The notes: generated by a model not told the origin, from the letters alone. 64,000 nucleotides of DNA from Paracoccus sp. (in: a-proteobacteria) (GCF_039808215.1 NZ_JBDHSP010000012.1:7657-71656), one strand, 5' to 3'; shown: positions 35,754-45,033, numbered from the stretch's first letter. A program made the numbers and translations.

Positions 35754-37671
35754 CGGTTTCCTCAAGCCGGATCAGCGCCGCGCCGGCCTCGACCTGATCG
35801 CCGGGGGCGGCCAGCACCTCGGCCACGCGCCCGTCGCGGGCGGCGGTCAGGGTGTGCTCCATCTTCATCGCCTCAAGGATCGCGAGCCGGTCGCCGGCCG
35901 CAACCTCCTGCCCCGGCGTGACGAAAACCGCCTTCACCAGCCCCGGCATGGGCGAGAGCGTGAGCCCGCCGCCCGCCTCATCACCGCCGCGCGCCAACGG
36001 GTCGAGCGGCACCAGCGTCAGCGAGCGCCCGCCAAAGACGCTGGTGCCCGCCGCATGATTGACGATGCGCGAGCGACGCGGCCCGCCATCGACCCACCAG
36101 CGCCCGCCATGCCAGCTGATCTCATGCATTTGGCCGTCCAGGGTGACGCGGGCGGCACCCGGGCCCAGCACCTCAAGCACCGCCTCGCCGCCCTGCCAAG
36201 CGATGCTGCGGCGCAGAGGTTGCCAAAGCGTGATGCCGCCTCGGATCAGCGGATCGTCAAGGCCCGCCAGTCCCAGCACCGCCAGCGCTCTTGCCCGTGG
36301 GTCGGGCTCGGCCGCGGCGACAAGGGCGGTCAGGTCGCGGGCGATCAGCCCGGTGTCGACCTGACCCTTGCCGAAACCCTCGTGCCGCGCCAGCGCGATC
36401 AGGAAATCGACATTGGTGACCGAGCCGCCGACCTCGGTATCGACCAGCGCCGATTCAAGCTCGCGCAGCGCGATGGCGCGGGTGGCGCCGTGCGTGATGA
36501 CCTTGGCGATCATCGGGTCATACCAGGGGCTGATCGTGTCGCCCTGGCGCACGCCGGTCTCGATCCGGGCGTGGCTGGGGAAGGAAAGATGCGCAAGCCG
36601 GCCGGTGGCGGGCAGAAAGCCCGCGGGCACGTCCTCGGCATAGAGGCGCGCTTCGAAAGCGTGGCCGGTGATGGTCAGGTCCTGCTGTCGCGCCGGCAGG
36701 GGTTCACCGCTGGCGACGCGCAGTTGCCATTCGACCAGATCGACGCCGGTGATCGCTTCGGTCACCGGATGTTCGACCTGCAGGCGGGTGTTCATCTCCA
36801 TGAACCAGAAACGGTCGGGGTGCAGCCCGTCGGAGCCGTCGACGATGAACTCGACCGTGCCCGCGCCCGCGTAACCGATGGCCTCGGCGGCGCGGGTGGC
36901 GGCCTCGCCCATGGCGGCACGCATCTCGGGTGTCATGCCCGGCGCCGGGGCCTCCTCGATCACCTTCTGGTGGCGGCGCTGCAGCGAGCAGTCGCGTTCA
37001 AAGAGGTGGACGGCGCGGCTGCCGTCGCCAAAGACCTGCACCTCGATATGGCGGGGCTGCTGGATATATTTCTCGATCAGCACCGCAGGGTTGGCGAAGG
37101 CGGTCTCGGCCTCGCCCTGCGCCGAGGCGAGTGCTGCGGCGAAATCTGCCGGGCGCTCGACCAGCCGCATGCCCTTGCCGCCGCCGCCCGCCACCGCCTT
37201 GATCAGCACCGGATAGCCGATCTGGTCGGCCTGCGCCCTGAGATGCGCACCGTCCTGATCGACGCCGTGATAGCCGGGAACCACCGGCACGCCGGCATCC
37301 GCCATCAACGCCTTGGCCGCATCCTTGAGCCCCATCTTGCGGATCGCCTCGGCCGAGGGGCCGATGAAGGTGAGGCCGGCGGCGGTGACCTGATCGACGA
37401 ACTCCGGGTTCTCGCTGAGAAAACCGTAGCCGGGGTGGATCGCCTCGGCCCCGGTGGCTTGCGCTGCGGCGATGATCACCTCGGCGCGCAGGTAGCTGTC
37501 GCGGGGCGCCGGGCCGCCGATATGGACCGCCTCATCGGCCATGGCGACATGGCGCGCGCCGTGGTCGGCGTCGGAATAGACCGCGACCGTGCGCACCCCA
37601 AGGCGACGGGCGGTGTCGATGACGCGGCAGGCGATCTCGCCGCGGTTGGCGATCAGGATCTTGTGGAACAT
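35746..37671 (-). CDS. liuD: Methylcrotonyl-CoA carboxylase alpha (biotin carboxylase + BCCP) subunit
   Basis: ATG 37671 verified (MFHKILIANRGEIACRVIDTARRLG...). ATP-grasp domain, C-terminal biotinylation motif EAMKME. Cannot exclude the geranyl-CoA carboxylase paralogue from sequence alone, but the ivd/HMG-lyase context favours MCC. Confidence 0.88.
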   Translation of the reverse strand: MFHKILIANRGEIACRVIDTARRLGVRTVAVYSDADHGARHVAMADEAVHIGGPAPRDSYLRAEVIIAAAQATGAEAIHPGYGFLSENPEFVDQVTAAGLTFIGPSAEAIRKMGLKDAAKALMADAGVPVVPGYHGVDQDGAHLRAQADQIGYPVLIKAVAGGGGKGMRLVERPADFAAALASAQGEAETAFANPAVLIEKYIQQPRHIEVQVFGDGSRAVHLFERDCSLQRRHQKVIEEAPAPGMTPEMRAAMGEAATRAAEAIGYAGAGTVEFIVDGSDGLHPDRFWFMEMNTRLQVEHPVTEAITGVDLVEWQLRVASGEPLPARQQDLTITGHAFEARLYAEDVPAGFLPATGRLAHLSFPSHARIETGVRQGDTISPWYDPMIAKVITHGATRAIALRELESALVDTEVGGSVTNVDFLIALARHEGFGKGQVDTGLIARDLTALVAAAEPDPRARALAVLGLAGLDDPLIRGGITLWQPLRRSIAWQGGEAVLEVLGPGAARVTLDGQMHEISWHGGRWWVDGGPRRSRIVNHAAGTSVFGGRSLTLVPLDPLARGGDEAGGGLTLSPMPGLVKAVFVTPGQEVAAGDRLAILEAMKMEHTLTAARDGRVAEVLAAPGDQVEAGAALIRLEETDE

Positions 37672-37695
37672 GGGCGTTCCTTTCGCTGGCGGCAG

Positions 37696-37716
37696 CCGGG
37701 GGCTTCGCGCCCCCGG
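37696..37716. other. Intercistronic GC hairpin CCGGGGGC-ttcgc-GCCCCCGG between the macro-domain gene and mccA
   Basis: Perfect 8-bp stem read directly. No U-tract, so more likely an mRNA processing/stability element than a terminator. Confidence 0.5.
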
Positions 37717-37747
37717 ACCCCCGCGGAGTATTTGGAGAACGAAGAAG

Positions 37748-38257
37748 TCACGGCTGCACCTCGCGGAGGGCGCGGGTGAGCGTGGCGAGGCTTGTGGCAT
37801 CGAAGGCGACGAGGATGACATCGAGTTCGAGGCCGCTGTCGCGGATACTGCAGATGGCGATCTCCGCCGCGCGCTTGGGCGGGAAGCCGTAGATGCCGGT
37901 CGAGATGGCCGGGAAGGCGATGGTTTGCAACCCGTGCTGCCGGGCGAGCGTCAGGCTGTTGTGGTAGGCCATGGCGAGCAGCGCTTCCTCATTGGCGCTG
38001 CCGCCCCGCCAGACCGGGCCGACGGTGTGGATGACGTGTTTCGCGGGCAGGTTGTGGCCGGCGGTGATGCGCGCCTCGCCGGTGGGGCAGCCGCCGATCT
38101 GGCGGCATTCGGCCAGCAGGCCGGGACCCGCGGCGCGGTGGATGGCGCCGTCGACGCCGCCGCCGCCGAGAAGCGAGGAATTGGCGGCGTTCACAATGGC
38201 ATCGACCGCGAGCTTGGTGATGTCGCCTTGCCAGATGCGGATGTGGATCTGGGTCAT
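37748..38257 (-). CDS. ymdB: Macro-domain protein, YmdB-type O-acetyl-ADP-ribose deacetylase
   Basis: [48 protein letters not shown]...[10 protein letters not shown]...[13 protein letters not shown], near-colinear with E. coli YmdB as I remember it. ATG 38257 lies 2 nt after the mccB stop. Confidence 0.9.
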   Translation of the reverse strand: MTQIHIRIWQGDITKLAVDAIVNAANSSLLGGGGVDGAIHRAAGPGLLAECRQIGGCPTGEARITAGHNLPAKHVIHTVGPVWRGGSANEEALLAMAYHNSLTLARQHGLQTIAFPAISTGIYGFPPKRAAEIAICSIRDSGLELDVILVAFDATSLATLTRALREVQP

Positions 38258-38259
38258 CG

Positions 38260-39864
38260 TCACATCCGGAAAATGCCGAAGCGCGTCGGCGGGATCGGGG
38301 CGTTCAGGCTGGCGCGCAGGGAAAGCGCAAGCACGTCGCGGGTTTTCCTTGGGTCGATGATGCCGTCGTCCCAGAGCCGGGCCGAGGCATAGAGGGGGTG
38401 GCTCTGGCGTTCGAACATCTCGATGGTGGGGCGCTTGAATTCTGCCTCCTCCTCGGGGGACCAGCTGCCGCCCGCGCGCTCGATGCCGTCGCGGCGCACG
38501 GTGGCCAGCACCCCGGCCGCCTGTTCGCCGCCCATGACCGAGATGCGGCTGTTGGGCCATGTCCAGAGAAAGCGCGGCGAATAGGCGCGGCCCGACATGC
38601 CGTAATTGCCCGCGCCGAAGCTGCCGCCGACCAGCATGGTGATTTTCGGCACATTGGTGGTGGCGACGGCGGTGACCATCTTGGCGCCGTGGCGCGCGAT
38701 GCCCTCGTTTTCATACTTTCGCCCGACCATGAAGCCGGTGACGTTTTGCAGGAACACCAGCGGGATGTTTCGCATCGAGCAGAGTTCGATGAAATGCGCG
38801 CCCTTCTGCGCGGCCTCGGAAAAGATCACGCCGTTGTTGGCGATGATGCCGATCGGGCAGCCCTCGAGATGGGCAAAGCCGGTGACCAGGGTTTCGCCGA
38901 AGCGGGGTTTGAATTCGTCGAAGCGCGAGCCGTCGACCACGCGGGCGATGACCTCGCGGATGTCGTAGGGGGTGCGCAGGTCGGCAGGGACGATGCCGAG
39001 GATGTCTTCGGGGTCGTAGGCTGGCAGTTCCGGCGCTTGCCACGCAACCGTCTGCGGGCGGCGGAGGTTCAGGTGGGCGACGCTGCGCCGCGCGAGGGCG
39101 AGGGCGTGGGCGTCGTCCTCGGCCAGATAATCGGCGACGCCGGACAGGCGCGTATGCACGTCGCCGCCGCCGAGGTCCTCGGCGCTGACCACCTCGCCGG
39201 TCGCGGCGCGGACCAGGGGCGGGCCGGCGAGGAAGATCGTGCCCTGGCCCTTGACGATGATCGTCACGTCCGACATCGCCGGGACATAGGCCCCGCCCGC
39301 CGTGCAGGATCCCATGACCACGGCGATCTGCGCGATGCCCTGCGCCGACATCTGCGCCTGATTGTAGAAGATGCGGCCGAAATGGTCGCGGTCGGGAAAG
39401 ACCTCATCCTGGTTGGGCAGGTTGGCGCCGCCGCTGTCCACCAGATAGACGCAGGGCAGCCGGCATTCCTGCGCGATTTCCTGTGCGCGCAGGTGTTTCT
39501 TCACCGTCATCGGGTAATAGGTGCCGCCCTTGACCGTCGCGTCATTGGCGACGACCATGACATCCTGCCCATGCACGCGGCCGATGCCGGCGATGACGCC
39601 AGCGGCCGGGGCGTCACCGTCATACATGCCATGCGCCGCCGTGGCGCCGATCTCCAGGAACGGGCTGCCGGGGTCGAGAAGGTTCGCCACCCGCTCGCGC
39701 GGGGGCATCTTGCCGCGGCTGGTGTGACGCTCAAGCGCCTTGGCGCCGCCGCCGGCTGCGGCCAGCAGCGCTGCCTCGCGCACGGTCTCGAGCATCGCCA
39801 GATGCGCGGCGCGGTTGGCGCGGAAGCTGTCCGAGGACGGCAGCGCCGAAGTGCCAAGCTTCAT
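38260..39864 (-). CDS. liuB: Methylcrotonyl-CoA carboxylase beta (carboxyltransferase) subunit
   Basis: 534 aa carboxyl transferase domain ([28 protein letters not shown]...). AAGGAAG SD. Confidence 0.9.
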   Translation of the reverse strand: MKLGTSALPSSDSFRANRAAHLAMLETVREAALLAAAGGGAKALERHTSRGKMPPRERVANLLDPGSPFLEIGATAAHGMYDGDAPAAGVIAGIGRVHGQDVMVVANDATVKGGTYYPMTVKKHLRAQEIAQECRLPCVYLVDSGGANLPNQDEVFPDRDHFGRIFYNQAQMSAQGIAQIAVVMGSCTAGGAYVPAMSDVTIIVKGQGTIFLAGPPLVRAATGEVVSAEDLGGGDVHTRLSGVADYLAEDDAHALALARRSVAHLNLRRPQTVAWQAPELPAYDPEDILGIVPADLRTPYDIREVIARVVDGSRFDEFKPRFGETLVTGFAHLEGCPIGIIANNGVIFSEAAQKGAHFIELCSMRNIPLVFLQNVTGFMVGRKYENEGIARHGAKMVTAVATTNVPKITMLVGGSFGAGNYGMSGRAYSPRFLWTWPNSRISVMGGEQAAGVLATVRRDGIERAGGSWSPEEEAEFKRPTIEMFERQSHPLYASARLWDDGIIDPRKTRDVLALSLRASLNAPIPPTRFGIFRM

Positions 39865-39895
39865 CGCTTCTTCCTTTCGCTCTGGGTGCCGGAGA

Positions 39896-40396
39896 TCATT
39901 CCATGCCCTCGGTCAGGGCATGAAGGCGCAACGCCTGTTCGGCGGTCAGTTCCATCAGGCAGCCTGCCGCGGCCGGGCCGCCCAAGGTGCCGCCCTGATA
40001 CTGCAGATGCTGATAGCGGCAGGTCGCGTCGCGAAAGGCAATCCAGTGCCGCTGCGCCTGTTGCAGCGCGGGTGCGGCCGGCTCGGCGGCCGAACCAAGC
40101 TGTCCTGCCTCGGCATCGGACGCTTTGGCGACTTTCATCACCTTGCTGTACCAGGCGTTCAGCAGCCGGTCCCAGTCCTTGCTTTCGGCCATCAGGCAAT
40201 CGACCATGCCGACAGTCGTATCCCCGCCCGGAGCCGCCATGCAGGCGTCGGATGCCTTGCCGATACAGGCCCGCAAATCGGTTCCATCCGCTGCCGCACG
40301 ATCCAGACAGCCGGGCAGCAGGGTCGCGTCATAGGCTGGGCCGTCCTGCGCCAGGGCCGGGGTTGCGATCATCAGCGCCAAGATCATCGCGCGCAT
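39896..40396 (-). CDS. DUF1311 (LprI-like lysozyme-inhibitor family) exported protein
   Basis: Signal peptide [17 protein letters not shown]. Cys-rich, with the C-terminal motif [12 protein letters not shown] typical of DUF1311. The start shares a base with the ivd stop (TGATG). Confidence 0.75.
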   Translation of the reverse strand: MRAMILALMIATPALAQDGPAYDATLLPGCLDRAAADGTDLRACIGKASDACMAAPGGDTTVGMVDCLMAESKDWDRLLNAWYSKVMKVAKASDAEAGQLGSAAEPAAPALQQAQRHWIAFRDATCRYQHLQYQGGTLGGPAAAGCLMELTAEQALRLHALTEGME

Positions 40397-41556
40397 CAGG
40401 CCAGTTCCATCAGCTGGCGGCCGATCAGCATGCGGCGGATTTCGCTGGTGCCGGCGCCGATCTCCATCAGTTTCGCGTCCCGAAACAGGCGCGAGACCAC
40501 CGAATCGTTCAGGAATCCCGCCCCGCCCAGCGCCTGCACCGCCTGATGCGCCTGCACCATCGCCTGTTCGCTGGCGTAAAGCACCGCGCCGGCGGCGTCC
40601 TGACGGGTCACGCGGCCCGCGTCGCAGGCCCGTGCCACCTCATAGACATAGGCCCGCGCGGTGTTCAGCGCCACATACATGTCGGCGATCTTGCCCTGCA
40701 TCAGCTGGAAGGAACCGATGGCCTGCCCGAACTGCTTGCGGTCGCGGACGTAAGGAATGACCTCATCGAGACAGGCGGCCATGATCCCGGTGCCGATGCC
40801 CGACAGCACCAGCCGTTCGTAGTCAAGGCCCGACATCAGCACCCGCACGCCCTTGCCCTCACCGCCAAGGATGTTCTCGGCCGGGACCTCGCAGTTCTCA
40901 AAGATCAGCTCGCCGGTGTTCGAGCCGCGCATGCCAAGCTTGTCGAAATGCGGGCTGGTGGAAAAGCCCTGCATGCCGCGCTCGACGATGAAGGCGGTGA
41001 TGCCTTTCGATCCGGCCTCGGGGTCGGTCTTGGCATAGACCACCAGCACATCGGCATCCGGCGCATTGGTGATCCAGTATTTGTTGCCGTTCAGCACATA
41101 GCCGTCACCGCGCTTCTCCGCCCGCAGCTTCATCGAGACCACGTCGCTGCCCGCCCCTTCCTCGGACATGGCCAGCGCGCCGACATGTTCGCCCGAGCAC
41201 AGTTTCGGCAGGTATCTGCGCCTCTGCGCCTCCGAGCCGTTCAGCTTGATCTGGTTCACGCACAGGTTCGAATGCGCGCCATAGGACAGGCTGACCGAGG
41301 CCGAGGCCCGCGCCAGTTCCTCGGTGGCGATGACATGCGCCAGATAGCCCATGCCGGCGCCGCCGAATTCCTCGGGCACGGTGATGCCCAGCAGGCCGAT
41401 CTCGCCCATCTCGCGCCACATGGCGTTCGGAAACCGGTTCGAGCGGTCCACATCCGCCGCGATCGGCCTGATGCGTTCCTGCGCCCAGCGGTGCACGGTC
41501 TCGCGCAGCGCGTTCACGTCCTCGCCCAGGTCGAACTCCATCCCCGCTGTGAACAT
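40396..41556 (-). CDS. liuA: Isovaleryl-CoA dehydrogenase
   Basis: ATG 41556 verified (AGGAGAGG SD). [21 protein letters not shown]...[19 protein letters not shown]...[18 protein letters not shown]. 386 aa acyl-CoA dehydrogenase of the IVD type. The remainder of the 879-aa track ORF is rejected. Confidence 0.92.
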   Translation of the reverse strand: MFTAGMEFDLGEDVNALRETVHRWAQERIRPIAADVDRSNRFPNAMWREMGEIGLLGITVPEEFGGAGMGYLAHVIATEELARASASVSLSYGAHSNLCVNQIKLNGSEAQRRRYLPKLCSGEHVGALAMSEEGAGSDVVSMKLRAEKRGDGYVLNGNKYWITNAPDADVLVVYAKTDPEAGSKGITAFIVERGMQGFSTSPHFDKLGMRGSNTGELIFENCEVPAENILGGEGKGVRVLMSGLDYERLVLSGIGTGIMAACLDEVIPYVRDRKQFGQAIGSFQLMQGKIADMYVALNTARAYVYEVARACDAGRVTRQDAAGAVLYASEQAMVQAHQAVQALGGAGFLNDSVVSRLFRDAKLMEIGAGTSEIRRMLIGRQLMELA

Positions 41557-41576
41557 CGGCCACCTCTCCTGATTAT

Positions 41577-41590
41577 TGAACGATTGTTCA
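41577..41590. promoter_or_regulatory. Inverted repeat TGAAC-N4-GTTCA, candidate operator of the liu operon
   Basis: Read directly, 21-34 nt upstream of the ivd ATG and immediately downstream of the candidate -10. Confidence 0.35.
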
Positions 41591-41599
41591 TTTACCTGC

Positions 41600-41628
41600 T
41601 TATGCCGCCGGCCCGGCCCCGCCGTCAA
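41600..41628 (-). promoter_or_regulatory. Candidate liu operon promoter TTGACG-N17-GCATAA
   Basis: Minus-strand reading: -35 at 41623-41628, -10 at 41600-41605. Pattern match only. Confidence 0.3.
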
Positions 41629-41753
41629 GCCAGGAACCAAAGCCCGCGGCATTTGCCGATCCTGCGCCCAAGCGGGGATCGGGGCAAGCGCCGCGCTGCG
41701 TTGACAAGCCAGAGGCCGCGCGCCATCCAGACGCCAAAGCGCAAGGATGCCCG

Positions 41754-42311
41754 ATGACGCCCGAACCCGACCCCGCCTGCGCGCGGCTGCTGCTGTTGCG
41801 CCATGCGCCGCTGGCCGGCCCGGGTCTGGTTGGGCGGCGCGACCTGGCCGCCGATTGCAGCGACAGGGCGGCGCTTGCCTGGGCGCGCGCGGCACTGGTC
41901 GGGGCGCAGTCGTACTGGGCCAGCCCGGCCCTGCGCTGCCGCCAGACCTGCACCGCCCTGGGTCTTGTCCCCGAATGGCATCCCGACCTGTGGGAGCAGG
42001 ACTTTGGCGCATGGGAGGAACCGGGCGCCACCATCCCCGACCTCGGGCCGCTGCCCCCCGGCGATCTGGCCCGCCATCGCCCGCCGGGGGGAGAAAGCTT
42101 TCTCGACATGGCGAAGCGCGTGCAGCCGTGCCTGCTGCAGGCGCGCGGCACGGTGGCGATCGTCGCCCATGCCGGCACGGTGCGCGCGGCGCTGGCGCTG
42201 GCCGTCGGGCCGGCGGCGCTGTCATTCTCCGTGGCGCCGCTGTCGCTGAGCGTCCTGCTGCGCAGCCCGGCCGGCTGGGCGGTCGAGGCGGTGAACCGGA
42301 TCGCGCCATGA
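41754..42311 (+). CDS. Histidine phosphatase family protein (CobC-like alpha-ribazole phosphatase by context)
   Basis: LLLLRHAP (RHG-type catalytic motif), ...[14 protein letters not shown]-coupled to cbiB. 185 aa. Confidence 0.7.
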   Translation: MTPEPDPACARLLLLRHAPLAGPGLVGRRDLAADCSDRAALAWARAALVGAQSYWASPALRCRQTCTALGLVPEWHPDLWEQDFGAWEEPGATIPDLGPLPPGDLARHRPPGGESFLDMAKRVQPCLLQARGTVAIVAHAGTVRAALALAVGPAALSFSVAPLSLSVLLRSPAGWAVEAVNRIAP

Positions 42312-43243
42312 TCCTGACGCAATCCACCCTGACCGTGGCACTGGTCGCGCTGCTGATCGACGCCGCCATCGGTTGGCCCGCGGTGCTGTATCGCCGCGTG
42401 TCGCATCCGGTGGTCTGGATCGGGCGACTGATCGCGGCGCTGGATGCGCGCTGGAACCATGGCCACCGCCGCATCGCGCGCGGGGCGCTGGCGGTGCTGG
42501 TGACACTCGGCGCGGCGGTGCTGCCGGCGCTGCTGCTGACGCGGCTGCTGGCACCGCTGCCCTTTGGTCCGCTGGCGCTGGGGGTGCTGGCCTGGCCGCT
42601 GGTCGCCACGCGCGCACTGCATGACCATGTGGCGGCAGTGGCGCACCCGCTGACCCTGGGCGATCTGGCGGGGGCAAGGGCGGCGGCGGCACTGATCGTC
42701 GGCCGCGACCTGCAAGACGACCCCGCCCCCATCGCCCGCGCCGCGCTGGAAAGCCTTGCCGAGAACGCCTCGGACGGGGTGGTGGCGCCGCTGTTCTGGG
42801 CCGCCATCGCCGGCCTGCCGGGCATCGCCGCATACAAGGCGATCAATACGCTGGATTCGATGATCGGGCATCTCAGCCCGCGCCATGCGTTGTTTGGCCG
42901 GGTGGCGGCGCGGCTGGACGATCTGGTGAACCTGCCGGCCTCGCGCCTGACCGGGGCGCTGATCGTGCTGGCCTCGCGGTCGCGGCGGGCCTGGCGGGTG
43001 ATGCGCCGCGACGCGTGCCGCCACCGCTCGCCCAACGCAGGCTGGCCCGAGGCGGCGATGGCCGGGGCGCTGGACGTGCGCCTCTCGGGTCCGCGCAGCT
43101 ATCAGGGCACCCTGTCGCCCGAGCCCTGGCTGAACGGCGCCGCCCGCGACCCCGGCGCGGCGGACCTGCAGCGGGGCCTGCGGCTTTATCGCCGCGCCAT
43201 GGCGCTGATGGGACTGGGACTGGTCCTGCTGCTGGCGCTTTAG
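42308..43243 (+). CDS. cbiB: Adenosylcobinamide-phosphate synthase
   Basis: ATG 42308 verified. [27 protein letters not shown]...[17 protein letters not shown]...[14 protein letters not shown]...[15 protein letters not shown], classic CbiB/CobD. Confidence 0.92.
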   Translation: MILTQSTLTVALVALLIDAAIGWPAVLYRRVSHPVVWIGRLIAALDARWNHGHRRIARGALAVLVTLGAAVLPALLLTRLLAPLPFGPLALGVLAWPLVATRALHDHVAAVAHPLTLGDLAGARAAAALIVGRDLQDDPAPIARAALESLAENASDGVVAPLFWAAIAGLPGIAAYKAINTLDSMIGHLSPRHALFGRVAARLDDLVNLPASRLTGALIVLASRSRRAWRVMRRDACRHRSPNAGWPEAAMAGALDVRLSGPRSYQGTLSPEPWLNGAARDPGAADLQRGLRLYRRAMALMGLGLVLLLAL

Positions 43244-43878
43244 CCAACCTCAGGCGCATCGCTGGCGAACTTGATGACGGCACCCATGATTGGCTTACCG
43301 GGACCGACACCGCCGGGAAACTGCCATCCCATATGCGTCACACTTTCGATAATACAGCAGGCAAGCTCGGCGACATGAGTTTGGATTTGCTGCAAGCGCG
43401 CCACATCGACCGACGAGTCAAAGACCTCCATCCGGCGACTGACAAAAAACGGCACCGACGCGCCATCCTTGTCCGGCACTCCCCATGAACCGTGGCAAAG
43501 AGCATTTCGCCACACCGCTGCCTTCTTGAGGGCGTCAACAAGCTCAGCGCAGTTCGGGATCGTCGCGTCAGGATTGTCCTTTACCGCCTTGCCGTAAGAT
43601 TCTGCCAGATTCCACAATTGGTCGGTCAATGCGCGTTCAAGCTGCGGCGTCCAGGCTTGATAGGCCGCGTCGACTTCTTCCCGGCTGTATTGCCGGGTCG
43701 CCGTCAACGCGAAGATCGCCTTGCCCAGCATCTCCTCCAGGAAACCATAGGTCGCAATCGTGCGTCCCAGCCACTCCCAGAACTCGGGCCCGTGCCGATG
43801 AGTCGGGAACATCGGTGGCAGGCTGTCCCAGTCACTGATCGGGCGCATCACGTTGTCCTCGCTGGTCATGTCTTCCAT
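43240..43878 (-). CDS. Orphan hypothetical protein (212 aa) with an RNxxxH motif; possible HEPN-superfamily protein
   Basis: The only long ORF in the 43.24-44.0 kb lower-GC stretch. GGGAAG SD before ATG 43878. Mostly helical-looking sequence with AAVWRNALCHGSW (R-x4-H). I recognise no family beyond that motif. The stop overlaps the cbiB stop (TTAG). Confidence 0.6.
   Translation of the reverse strand: MEDMTSEDNVMRPISDWDSLPPMFPTHRHGPEFWEWLGRTIATYGFLEEMLGKAIFALTATRQYSREEVDAAYQAWTPQLERALTDQLWNLAESYGKAVKDNPDATIPNCAELVDALKKAAVWRNALCHGSWGVPDKDGASVPFFVSRRMEVFDSSVDVARLQQIQTHVAELACCIIESVTHMGWQFPGGVGPGKPIMGAVIKFASDAPEVG
43244..43254. repeat. Left copy of direct repeat CCAACCTCAGG flanking the low-GC insertion
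   Basis: Compare 44009..44020 TCAACCCTCAGG (CAACC[C]TCAGG, 10 of 11). Sits exactly at the cbiB stop. Confidence 0.6.
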
Positions 43879-44008
43879 GCTTCCCGTTCAGAGGTGCGGG
43901 CAATATCCTGCACCGACCGGAATGCGTCCAGAGCCCCCCGAAGGCCAAGACGCAGCGGCTGCACCTCAAATGCAGGGGTTCAGACTGGAGGACGCCCAGC
44001 CGGCGCCA

Positions 44009-44020
44009 TCAACCCTCAGG
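44009..44020. repeat. Right copy of direct repeat (TCAACCCTCAGG) covering the hemC stop codon
   Basis: See 43244..43254. The TCA at 44016-44018 is the hemC stop (minus strand). Confidence 0.6.
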
Positions 44021-44957
44021 ACCAGTCGAAGAAATCGGCAGGTGCGCGGCTGCGCAGTTCATCGGCCAGGTCGGTGCCCATGGCGGCGCCGTCCGAGACC
44101 GGGCCGATGCGCTCACCCGAGATGACCTCGCTGCCGTCGGGGCGCAGGATCTCGCCGCGCAGGTGCAGCAGGTCGCCCTCCAGCACCGCAAGCCCGGCGA
44201 TCGGCGTCTGGCACGAGCCGTCGAGCCGCGCAAGGAAGGCGCGCTCGGCCGTCACCCGCAGCGTGCTGGCCCGGTCCGAGATTGCGCCCAGCAGCACAGC
44301 TGCGCGCGCGTCACCCGCGCGGCGCTCGACCCCGATGCAGCCCTGCGCCACGGCGGGCAGCATGTCGTCGGGATCGACGGCGCCGCGCGCCACATGCAGC
44401 ATATTGAGCCGTGCCAGACCCGCCATGGCCAGGAAGGTGGCGACCGCGACGCCTTCCTCAAGCTTTTTCAACCGCGTCTGCACGTTTCCCCGGAACTCGA
44501 CCAGCTTCAGGTCCGGGCGGCGCAGCGCCAGTTGCGCCCGCCTGCGCAGGCTGGAGGAGCCGACCACCGCCCCCTGCGGCAGTTCCGCGATGGCACCAAA
44601 GCGGTTGCTGACGAAGGCATCGCGCACATCCTCGCGCGGCAGATGGCAGTCGATTACCAGCCCTTCGGGTTGCAGAGTCGGCATGTCCTTCATCGAATGC
44701 ACGGCGATGTCGATGTCATGCGCCAGCAGCGCATCCTCGATCTCGCGGGTGAACAGGCCCTTGCCGCCGATCTCTTTCAGCGGCCGGTCCAGCACCCGAT
44801 CGCCGGTGGTCTTGATCACCACGATCTCGAATGCCTCGGCGGGCAGGTGATGCGCGGCCATCAGCCGCGCGCGCGTCTCATGCGCCTGCGCCAGCGCAAG
44901 CGCCGAGCCGCGGGTGCCGATACGGATGGGGTTCTGTCTGTCGGGCATCTGGGTCAT
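44016..44957 (-). CDS. hemC: Hydroxymethylbilane synthase (porphobilinogen deaminase)
   Basis: 313 aa, IRIGTRGSALALAQAHE...TTGDRVLDRPLKEIGGKGLFTREIE... typical HemC. Confidence 0.95.
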   Translation of the reverse strand: MTQMPDRQNPIRIGTRGSALALAQAHETRARLMAAHHLPAEAFEIVVIKTTGDRVLDRPLKEIGGKGLFTREIEDALLAHDIDIAVHSMKDMPTLQPEGLVIDCHLPREDVRDAFVSNRFGAIAELPQGAVVGSSSLRRRAQLALRRPDLKLVEFRGNVQTRLKKLEEGVAVATFLAMAGLARLNMLHVARGAVDPDDMLPAVAQGCIGVERRAGDARAAVLLGAISDRASTLRVTAERAFLARLDGSCQTPIAGLAVLEGDLLHLRGEILRPDGSEVISGERIGPVSDGAAMGTDLADELRSRAPADFFDWS

Positions 44958-45033
44958 GGCACGGGCTTAGCGCCACGCCCCGGCCTTGACAACGGGGACG
45001 CGCGCGCCATGAAGGGGCGCAACGAGGTGAGAC

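Noticed and set aside
41262-41280. GGTTCGAAT, a T-arm-like tRNA motif
   Set aside because: It lies inside the ivd coding frame with no acceptor or anticodon arms around it. No tRNA-sized non-coding gap exists anywhere in the window.
41591-41753. Possible cobalamin riboswitch upstream of the cobC-like/cbiB genes (AAGCCAGGAACC and AAGCCAGAGGCC loosely resemble a B12 box)
   Set aside because: - The matches to the B12-box consensus are poor (wrong spacing).
- I could not find the other conserved elements (GGGAA, GCCACTG-type pairing).
- The roughly 160 nt available also has to hold the divergent liu promoter.
- The two CAAGCCAG copies are noted but unexplained.
- An Rfam/Infernal scan would settle it.
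38398-41757. 1119-aa plus-strand ORF across the liu operon; similarly 35542..37779 (745 aa) opposite mccA, and the 879-aa extension 41557..43035 of the ivd frame
   Set aside because: These are antisense to, or upstream read-through of, genes with clear enzyme signatures. They have no motifs of their own, and the extension 41557..43035 overlaps the cobC-like and cbiB genes.
43853-44125. 90-aa plus-strand ORF next to the orphan HEPN-like gene as a possible antitoxin/partner
   Set aside because: It mostly overlaps hemC in antisense and is Arg/Pro/Ala-rich with no SD. The only minus-strand ORF in the 137-nt upstream spacer is 9 codons.
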